NCBI GenBank assembly: GCA_011605725.1
Contig: JAAOZP010000003.1
Coordinates: 26,876 to 90,875, forward strand
Source: Nitrososphaerota archaeon
Lineage (GTDB): Archaea; Thermoproteota; EX4484-205; JAAOZP01
Length of the DNA: 64,000 nucleotides
Direction of reading: 5' to 3'
Position numbers and translations under genes: made by a program. The notes below the pieces were generated by a model. The model worked only from the letters and a program-made list of their open reading frames with translations, searched no databases and had not been told where the DNA came from. Positions 56,791-64,000 of this stretch are shown here, one piece after another. Every line of letters starts with the position of its first letter. Positions within the stretch are counted from its first letter, which is position 1.

Positions 56791-57738
56791 GTGAAGATGG
56801 AAGAGTCTTTGCTTCAGAAGATTACTGCCTTCAAGGAAGAGGTTCATAAGGCAGTTGTTGGATATGACGAAATTATTGAAGGTCTTCTCATCGCCCTTAT
56901 ATCCGGTGGACACGTTCTGATTGAAGGAGTCCCCGGCATAGCGAAGACTTTATTAGCGAAGAGTTTTGCTCAGGCTCTCTCCCTAAGCTTTTCAAGGGTC
57001 CAGTTTACACCAGACTTGGTTCCTTCCGACATAACCGGTACCAGCATATTTGACTCCAAGACTGGGAGGTTCAGCTTTAAAGAGGGACCGGTCTTCACAA
57101 ACGTTCTTTTAGCTGATGAGATAAACAGGGCGCCGCCTAAAGTTCAGAGCGCACTACTGGAGTGCATGCAGGAGAAGCGGGTTACGGTTGATGGGAACTC
57201 CCATCCATTGCCCGAGCCCTTCTTCGTAATAGCCACTGAGAACCCGATAGAGATGGAGGGTGTTTATCCCCTGCCTGAGGCTCAGGTCGACAGGTTCATG
57301 TTCAAGCTGATAATGAAGTATCCAAGCAGGGACGAGGAGAAGATTATGCTATCTAAGTATGTTTCAAGAGACATACCTGTGGTAAGCCCGGTTCTTAGCT
57401 CAGAGGATTTAATGAGAATAAAGGAGCTTGTTGGAATGGTAACAATGGTTCCGAAGGTTTTCGACTACATACTCGACATAGTTGACGCAACAAGGAAGGA
57501 TGAGAGAGTGATGCTTGGGGCCAGTCCAAGAGCGTCGCTCCAGATAGCCCTTGCCTCCAAGGCGAGGGCCATGATAAAGGGAAGAAATTACGTTTCGCCT
57601 AGCGATGTGAAGGCAATTGTTCCCCATGTTTTGAGGCATAGGATTATGCTTAAGCCGGAAGCTGAGCTTGAAGGAGTTAAGGTGGACAACCTTGTTTTGG
57701 AGTTGCTTGATAAGACTCCTATTCCTAAGCTGGTTTAA
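56791..57738 (+). CDS. moxR: MoxR-family AAA+ ATPase
   Basis: HVLIEGVPGIAKT, RVQFTPDLVPSDITG, LADEINRAPPKVQSALLE, YPLPEAQVDRF. Confidence 0.96.
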   Translation: MKMEESLLQKITAFKEEVHKAVVGYDEIIEGLLIALISGGHVLIEGVPGIAKTLLAKSFAQALSLSFSRVQFTPDLVPSDITGTSIFDSKTGRFSFKEGPVFTNVLLADEINRAPPKVQSALLECMQEKRVTVDGNSHPLPEPFFVIATENPIEMEGVYPLPEAQVDRFMFKLIMKYPSRDEEKIMLSKYVSRDIPVVSPVLSSEDLMRIKELVGMVTMVPKVFDYILDIVDATRKDERVMLGASPRASLQIALASKARAMIKGRNYVSPSDVKAIVPHVLRHRIMLKPEAELEGVKVDNLVLELLDKTPIPKLV

Positions 57739-58626
57739 ATGTCCTTAGACTTAGGCAAGATAAGGGCTCTCGAGAAAATCGTGCGACTGAAAATAATCGA
57801 CATAAGCAGAAAGTCCACGGGCATTAAAGGCATAAGCACCGAGCTTGCGGATTTAAGAGAATATGTTCAGGGGGATGATGTCCGCTTCATAGACTGGAAG
57901 GCTACGGCTAGAAAAGGAAGGCTGATGCTGCGGGAGAGGGTTGAAGAGAGGGAGCAGAGCATCCTCATAATGCTGGATGTGAGTGGATCCATGGGGCTGG
58001 GATCAGGTGCAAGCAAGCTTAGGCACGGGGTCTTCGCATCTGCAGCCATAGCTTACTTAGCGATTAAGGATAAGAATAGGGTAGCGTTGGCAACTTTCTC
58101 AAACTTCGTTAAAGATTTCATCGGATTTGGAAAAACTACTAGACACCTCTACGCTATATTCGACGTTTTGGTTAACGTAAAGCCTTATGGAAATACGGAT
58201 ATAGAGTATTCTGTGTTGCGTGTTCTGCCCCACATTAAATCCAGGTCTCTCGTGATGATGATGACAGACATGTCCGACAAACCTGAATCGATGAGAAGGG
58301 CTTTCGAGCTTCTGACTTTAAACGGTCATAAAGTCATAGTTTTCCACATATATGATCCTGAAATGTACAAGCTTCCTGAGGGGGTAGACGTAATCATCTT
58401 TAAGGATCCATCGACCGGAAAAGAGATGAAACTCAATGTTAAGGACCCAATGTTCAAGGCTACGTATGAAGCACTCGTCCACGCTGAGGAAAGAAAAAGA
58501 ATGGATTTCATCAAGAAATGCCGTGGAGCAGGCATAGACATTATGCCGATCAAGACAACGGAGCTTGTTGAGCATGCCCTCATTAGATACCTCACAGTGA
58601 AGAAGAGAGGCTTCCTCCTCAAATAG
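57739..58626 (+). CDS. DUF58 / von Willebrand factor A protein
   Basis: LREYVQGDDVRFIDWKATAR; MIDAS-like DVSGSM. Confidence 0.93.
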   Translation: MSLDLGKIRALEKIVRLKIIDISRKSTGIKGISTELADLREYVQGDDVRFIDWKATARKGRLMLRERVEEREQSILIMLDVSGSMGLGSGASKLRHGVFASAAIAYLAIKDKNRVALATFSNFVKDFIGFGKTTRHLYAIFDVLVNVKPYGNTDIEYSVLRVLPHIKSRSLVMMMTDMSDKPESMRRAFELLTLNGHKVIVFHIYDPEMYKLPEGVDVIIFKDPSTGKEMKLNVKDPMFKATYEALVHAEERKRMDFIKKCRGAGIDIMPIKTTELVEHALIRYLTVKKRGFLLK

Positions 58627-58661
58627 CAGAGTTTGTTTCAGCTCAATGTGTGTAGGCTAAT

Positions 58662-59471
58662 TCAAAGTTTCGAAACAACCTCATTCGTATTTTTCAATAC
58701 TTTTTCAGCCTCCTCTATACTTGGTTTGTATCCGGCGTAGGCACATTTCTCGCCTAGTTCAAACACGTATTCAACAGCCTCCACATCAACTCTTTGCACG
58801 AGTACCTGTAGCCTTTCAATAATTTCTTCGTTAGCCAATGATCTTTGAAGACCAAGTTTACTTATCAACTTGTCTTTCAATAGTTCCGCTGAATACCGGA
58901 CCACTAAATCATATCTTCCCTCGTTAATCCATCGAACAGCCTCCTTTAATTCCTCCACGACATGCTCTCCACCAGCTTTCTGCGTCTCGCCTGTACCCAT
59001 TTCGGAAAGAGTTTCAACTGGTTGCTCAATAATCCTCTTCTTGATCACAGGAAATATCGTTTCGGTTCCGAAATACTCATTAAGACTTTCTGAGGCGAAG
59101 AAATAGAATAGGCCTGTGGAACCGAAAACAAGAGGAAGGATATAGGAGATAACCGTCAGAGCTTGGGGCATGCTTAGTAGGGGAGGTAAGAATCCGAAGA
59201 TGAAGAAAATTAATCCAAGCATTATGTGAACCATAAACACGATGATGGAGAGCAACCAGCTTAGAAACCCTTTTGCTTTCTCCAAAATCACCACTAGGAG
59301 AATTGTAAGGACTCCAAGTGAAAGCTGTTCCATTTTTCCAGCCTGCTTAAGCAGGGCCATCTGTATAAGCGAGATGATAATGAGGGAAAAACCTGTTATT
59401 AAAGCACCCCATACAACACGTCTAAGCTCTGCCGGTTTTCTTGTAGACATCGGCCATGTTTTCACTGGCAA
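58662..59471 (-). CDS. Four-TM membrane protein with C-terminal DUF4129/HEPN-like helical domain
   Basis: Hydrophobic N-terminal half; C-terminal domain paralogous to that of 59558..63496. Confidence 0.7.
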   Translation of the reverse strand: MPVKTWPMSTRKPAELRRVVWGALITGFSLIIISLIQMALLKQAGKMEQLSLGVLTILLVVILEKAKGFLSWLLSIIVFMVHIMLGLIFFIFGFLPPLLSMPQALTVISYILPLVFGSTGLFYFFASESLNEYFGTETIFPVIKKRIIEQPVETLSEMGTGETQKAGGEHVVEELKEAVRWINEGRYDLVVRYSAELLKDKLISKLGLQRSLANEEIIERLQVLVQRVDVEAVEYVFELGEKCAYAGYKPSIEEAEKVLKNTNEVVSKL

Positions 59472-59557
59472 GGGATTTTAAAATATTTGTCCCAATATTG
59501 ATTCAGTATTGCAAGCTGTAGACTAAAGCAGATAAAAGAGGAGAAAAAATGAAGGAG

Positions 59558-62500
59558 TTATAGCTTACTAAGCAATTCCTCGGAATACTTTAGAACCTTC
59601 TCAGCCTCCTCTTTGCTCGGTTTATACCTGGCGTAAGTACATTCCTCCCCCTTCCTAAGCACGTACTTCAGCTTCTCTAAGTCAATGTCTTTTCTGAGCG
59701 CAGCCACGCTTTTTATTAGGTCTTCGTTTTCTGTAGATCTGCTCAGGCCAAGTTTCTCCAGCATCTTGCTTCTCAATGTTTCAGCAGAATACCTCACTGC
59801 TTCTGCATAGTCGCCTTTGTTCAAGTGATTGTTAGCATCATTCAAAACTTTTAGAAGATCCTCGGAGCCTATTATTATCTTCTCCTCCTTTCTCCTCGAT
59901 CTATGAACCACGTAGCCAACCATTGAAATAATGACTACAGATGCAATGACTATAGCATAGGGCAAGTAGGGCCACCACCAAGGTCTTATTATTAGTGGTA
60001 ATTCATATTCTGCAGGTAAATACGATGGATTTGAGGCCCTAGCTTTTATTACGTAGCTACCTTCAAGCCCTCTTGTATCACTTATTACTGCGATATATTG
60101 CTCTCCGCCTGAGTAACGTGCAGAATATACCCTACCGGCAAGCGAGACATTAACATTTGCAAATTTAACAGGATTTCCATACTGATCTGTTAAAGCTAAA
60201 GTTACAGTCAAGCCTTCACCACTTATAACTTCAGATCTAGAAGCCTTCCCATTAAGCACAAGCTTACCCAAGATTTGAAGATTATAAACATGTGATGAAA
60301 CGAATTTTTCACGATCTATGATAAATATATGTGTTTTACAATTGCCTATTGGGAAGCCTTGAGTATCGAATTCTGCCCAATAAACCCCACTGTCATAGTT
60401 CGCCGTCTTATTGTGCCAATTATTGATTGAATCAAGAAGTGCTATGTTAATCTGATCTATGCCTTCAGGGTCAGTTGCGTTAATGGAGATTAGTAGCTTC
60501 TCCCCAATAATCATGCTAAGTGGGAATGCAGGTTTGACTGAATATAGGATTGGTGCGAAGTTAGTTGAGAAATTTTCCTGTTGAGATATCTTCGCATTTA
60601 GACCAAACTCTTTCTTTTCTCCAACATGAATTATATCCGAGTATGTTTTATTGGATGAAATAAGTCCTCCTTCAACTGTCAAAACTTGTAGACTAAAATC
60701 ACCGCTTTCCCTGCCCACTACAAATATCTTATATTCTCCTTCTAGTGGATTAGGTATTACGATTATTTGAGGATGGGAACTCATACCATTATAGATAGCT
60801 CCAGGAATTTTGACAGTACTCTTCTCCTCTAGAGGAGCCCCTGCAATGCGCCCCCTTGGGTCAATTACAGTTATAGTAATATTACATGCTCCTTGTATTC
60901 CAAGAACACTCTTCGCCTTTTGTAGCGCAGACATTAATGCCAAAAATATTCCACTAGTGAACCTATTTGATAAACTGCCCAAAGATTCGGTTATCGATGG
61001 TTGCAACTTATTCGTAAGGAACCCTATAACAGGTCCGCCAACTCCGCATGCTATTACTACTGGAATTGCCCCGGCTCCACCAGCCGGTATCGTAGCAACT
61101 CCAGCCATACCCGTGACAAGTAGACAACCGATAGTAGTTATTCCAGAGATAATACTAGAACCTGCAAATCTATTTATATCTTCAATTGCTTTTTCGCGCG
61201 TGTTTTCTCCTGCTTCTGCGCATATTGCGGCTATTTGTTCAATTTTGAATGCTAACTTAACAGGAAATCCTAGTTCTCCAATAAGTCCAGCTGGGATATC
61301 TATAATAATAGGGTACTCGTTTATGCCTTCCCTTATCATATTAGCGATTTTAAGGTATGTTTCTGGAGTCGTAAATTCTCTAACAATTTTTCCCCTGATT
61401 TCCTCCACTAATAGTAATAGAGTTTTTTCGTTAAAATATACTATGAATATTTTTAACGGTCCATCAATAACTATTTCTTTAGTATCGTCTACCAACCGTA
61501 AATCTATACCTCGTAATTGCAAAGCAAGTTTAATATATCCTTCCATTTCTGGGGCATTTAATCTTATTTTATGAGTAGTCCCCTCTTCAAATTTAAGGCT
61601 CGTGGAACCAACTCCGCAAGATCCTTTAAATGAACCGTCAACATATAAATCGACTCCTGTAGTAGGTGGCCCTTTAACAATAATATCCACCGTATACGTT
61701 ATGATTGGTTTATAGACACCGGTAACGGTAGTAATTTGGCCTTTCGTTACACTGACCGTTTGGCTAGATGGAGTAGTATAACCGCTGACTGAACCGAAAG
61801 AAACTATATAGGTTCCAACATTTACTGTTCTGCTTTGCGGAGCAATTCCCCAAGACTGACCATTCACGAAGACTTCCCCCTTAACGGGAGTAGTATCAAT
61901 CGAAAGGATGCCCATGTCTTGCTGAGGAGGAGAGATTGTTACTGCTATGTCGACGGTACGGGTTAGGCTGCCGCTTGTGCCTGTTACGCGCAGCGTGAAG
62001 CTCCCCGTGCTCGCGGAGGAGGATGCTGTTATTGTTAGGATGCTTGAATCCTGACCGTTAGAAGGCGGGGTAACAGTATTCTTGCTGAATGTACATGTTA
62101 CCCCGGAGGGAGTTGTGCCAATCCATGAGGCGCTGAGCGAAACCTGCGAGCTGAAACCGTTAATAGAAGTAACTCTGACGGTTGAAGTTGCGGACGTTAA
62201 GCCTGAAGACGGAAGAGTGAGGGAAAGAGAATTGGGAGACGCAGAGATGCTGAAGTCGGGCTGAGGTGTGCTGGTCGGCGTAGCACTCGCCTCATTAGAC
62301 TTAGGGCCTTCACCCACGCTGTTAACGGCACTAACCTGGTAGTAGTAGGTCACCCCATTGGTTACACTCGTATCCGTGTAGGATAGGACGTTACCAACCG
62401 TAGCGATTAGGCTCTGGCTCGTCGAGCTTGTCCGCCTATAAATCCTGTAGTTGGTTATCGCAGACCCTCCGTCAGAACGGGGAGCAGACCATGAAAGCGT

Positions 62501-63496
62501 CACACGCCCATCTCCGGCTGTAGCCACTAGGTTCTGTGGTTCGGTTGGTATTGTAGGTGAGGATTGAACTATCAGGGTAACTTGCTGTTGCCTCGTTATC
62601 CCACCACCTGTTCCAGTTACCGTCAACGTGTAGGTTTGAGCCGGCGTTGAACTTGTTGTGGATACGGTCAGGGTTGAAGTGAAGGTTGGCGAGCCTGAGG
62701 AGGGGTTAAAACTGTAGCTCATGGTGCTGTGCTGCCCGGAAAGGCTCAGCGATACTGTCTGCGCAGTGCCGCTGACTAATGAAACAGTAACAGAGTATGT
62801 TGTGGACTGTCCAGCCGTAACTGTCCTAGAAGATGGTGAAACAGAGATGCTGAAGTCGAAAGATTGTATAGCTCGGAAATTCGCTGTTACGGTTCCCGGT
62901 CCAACAGTCCAATAAGTTGGATTACCTGTTGGAGAATCTACACTTACGGAACCGGTTGTTGACCAGCTAACGAACTCGTATCCGGCCGCAGGATTTGCAC
63001 GCAATCTGGAGGAAACCTTGTTAATTGTGCCGCTTTGCCCATTTGAGTATGTTACTGTATAAGGAGGATTTGCACCATAATATTCTACTGAAATTGTGCC
63101 ACCGGCAGGGGGAGAGGTATAAAACGTCACTATAGGACCGAACGAAGCTCCTACATAGCCTTTCCCATTGACTGTCAAAGTTGTAGAAGAACTGTAAGTA
63201 TCAGAAACAGGCGTATACGATGTAGTATACCATCTTAAGAATCCATAGCCTGATGGCGCAATAGCCTGGATGGAATGAGTTCCTGCCGAAAGTGTAATGT
63301 TTATATCATTAAAATTTGGAAAGTAATAGCTTACACCATCTACAACTATTCTTGCCCCAACAGTATCCGTGCCTAGTGTGACGCTATAGCTAGTAGCATA
63401 AACGCGTAAATTTGGATAGAAAACTTGGTTAAGCAATAATAACATGAAAAGTAATGGAGCGATTCTTTTCAGAGAATTATTTCCATACACTTTCAT
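59558..63496 (-). CDS. Large cell-surface protein: signal peptide, Ig-like repeats, fibronectin type III, PEGA-like, central hydrophobic hairpin, C-terminal TM anchor and cytoplasmic DUF4129-like domain
   Basis: PTEPQNLVATAGDGRVTLSWSAP..DGGSAITNYRIYR..YYQVSAVNSVGEG (FN3); two DFSIS(V/A)SP repeats; PWWWPYLPYAIVIASVVIISMVGYVV. Confidence 0.88.
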   Translation of the reverse strand: MKVYGNNSLKRIAPLLFMLLLLNQVFYPNLRVYATSYSVTLGTDTVGARIVVDGVSYYFPNFNDINITLSAGTHSIQAIAPSGYGFLRWYTTSYTPVSDTYSSSTTLTVNGKGYVGASFGPIVTFYTSPPAGGTISVEYYGANPPYTVTYSNGQSGTINKVSSRLRANPAAGYEFVSWSTTGSVSVDSPTGNPTYWTVGPGTVTANFRAIQSFDFSISVSPSSRTVTAGQSTTYSVTVSLVSGTAQTVSLSLSGQHSTMSYSFNPSSGSPTFTSTLTVSTTSSTPAQTYTLTVTGTGGGITRQQQVTLIVQSSPTIPTEPQNLVATAGDGRVTLSWSAPRSDGGSAITNYRIYRRTSSTSQSLIATVGNVLSYTDTSVTNGVTYYYQVSAVNSVGEGPKSNEASATPTSTPQPDFSISASPNSLSLTLPSSGLTSATSTVRVTSINGFSSQVSLSASWIGTTPSGVTCTFSKNTVTPPSNGQDSSILTITASSSASTGSFTLRVTGTSGSLTRTVDIAVTISPPQQDMGILSIDTTPVKGEVFVNGQSWGIAPQSRTVNVGTYIVSFGSVSGYTTPSSQTVSVTKGQITTVTGVYKPIITYTVDIIVKGPPTTGVDLYVDGSFKGSCGVGSTSLKFEEGTTHKIRLNAPEMEGYIKLALQLRGIDLRLVDDTKEIVIDGPLKIFIVYFNEKTLLLLVEEIRGKIVREFTTPETYLKIANMIREGINEYPIIIDIPAGLIGELGFPVKLAFKIEQIAAICAEAGENTREKAIEDINRFAGSSIISGITTIGCLLVTGMAGVATIPAGGAGAIPVVIACGVGGPVIGFLTNKLQPSITESLGSLSNRFTSGIFLALMSALQKAKSVLGIQGACNITITVIDPRGRIAGAPLEEKSTVKIPGAIYNGMSSHPQIIVIPNPLEGEYKIFVVGRESGDFSLQVLTVEGGLISSNKTYSDIIHVGEKKEFGLNAKISQQENFSTNFAPILYSVKPAFPLSMIIGEKLLISINATDPEGIDQINIALLDSINNWHNKTANYDSGVYWAEFDTQGFPIGNCKTHIFIIDREKFVSSHVYNLQILGKLVLNGKASRSEVISGEGLTVTLALTDQYGNPVKFANVNVSLAGRVYSARYSGGEQYIAVISDTRGLEGSYVIKARASNPSYLPAEYELPLIIRPWWWPYLPYAIVIASVVIISMVGYVVHRSRRKEEKIIIGSEDLLKVLNDANNHLNKGDYAEAVRYSAETLRSKMLEKLGLSRSTENEDLIKSVAALRKDIDLEKLKYVLRKGEECTYARYKPSKEEAEKVLKYSEELLSKL

Positions 63497-63590
63497 TTTT
63501 TCCCGTTTTCCAGATATTATCCTACGTACTATTTAAATTTTGCTTAAAAATTAGTTTTAGAAAAAAGCCTATGTAAGCTTCATAATTAAT

Positions 63591-63612
63591 GAGCGCGCGC
63601 GCTAGCGCGCTA
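63591..63612. repeat. Fused double palindrome GAGCGCGCGCGCTAGCGCGCTA
   Basis: Its last A is the A of ATG 63612. Confidence 0.9.
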
Positions 63613-63887
63613 TGGATGAACCGGAGTGGCAATATATGAGGGGGTTTCTCGAGAAATACGGTTTTGGAAGGTTTTCGGTTTTAATGGTCTCGGCTGGTTT
63701 GAATGATTACCAGTTGAAGGGTAGGGCTGAAAAAGTTTACTGGCCGAGGATCAAGGAACTGCTGGAGGGTAAGAAGGCTCCAAACTCCCTGGAAGAGATG
63801 GAGAGCATGCATGCTGAATTCTATAGGAATGAAAGGCTAGCGGAGCAGATGCAAGCTGTGATGAAAATTTTCCAGGCACATACTTAG
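63612..63887 (+). pseudogene. Internal fragment of an archaeal N-glycosylase/DNA lyase (AGOG-like)
   Basis: EPEW...FSVLMVSAGLNDYQLKGRAEKVYW resembles the AGOG N-terminal NxxxxYQL...E..W region; only 91 aa. Confidence 0.6.
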
Positions 63888-64000
63888 ACACGAATGGTGA
63901 TACTTATGGCGATTTGTACTGTGATTCTTCTTGTCTTGCCAACCCTTGCAACAGCAATAATGAGTGTAAAAAAGTGAGCGGGAATTACCAATATTGTATA

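Noticed and set aside
1814-63612. Classical integron (attC) cassette array
   Set aside because: No RYYYAAC...GTTRRRY-bounded hairpins recognised, no IntI in the window, and modules have their own promoters and both orientations
1-64000. tRNA/rRNA genes, provirus or integrase
   Set aside because: No cloverleaf or rRNA-like segment, capsid, terminase or recombinase motif recognised by eye; tRNAscan-SE and HMM searches would be needed to exclude them formally

Overview
Archaeal accessory region, probably from a thermophilic TACK-type lineage (inferred from TATA boxes about 25 nt upstream of leaderless genes and from archaeal protein families). No rRNA, tRNA, CRISPR array, integrase or transposase was recognised. 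Layout: (i) 1-21 kb is a mosaic of small independent modules (MFS and APC transporters, transglutaminase, M50 protease, ppa, UDG, two COG1373 ATPases, EVE proteins, several toxin-antitoxin pairs, gene remnants); (ii) 21-45 kb is a defence island (SPPY MTase-HerA-NurA, TcmP-like MTase with two SPL-like radical SAM enzymes, GmrSD-like, DUF3780-DUF499-DUF1156-PLD/SNF2, PD-(D/E)XK nucleases, HicAB); (iii) 45-56.5 kb is a candidate polymorphic toxin locus (2354-aa membrane-anchored protein with a C-terminal nuclease tip plus an orphan paralogous module); (iv) 56.8-63.5 kb holds MoxR-DUF58 and two membrane proteins sharing a C-terminal domain. The most striking unexplained signal is a short palindrome, TA(GC)3-5TA (consensus TAGCGCGCGCTA). 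It sits at most module boundaries, is absent from the spacers inside multi-gene modules, is rare inside intact CDSs, and repeatedly coincides with the point where genes are truncated. This suggests an undescribed palindrome-delimited cassette insertion or shuffling system. Family assignments are from motif recognition by eye, not database searches.
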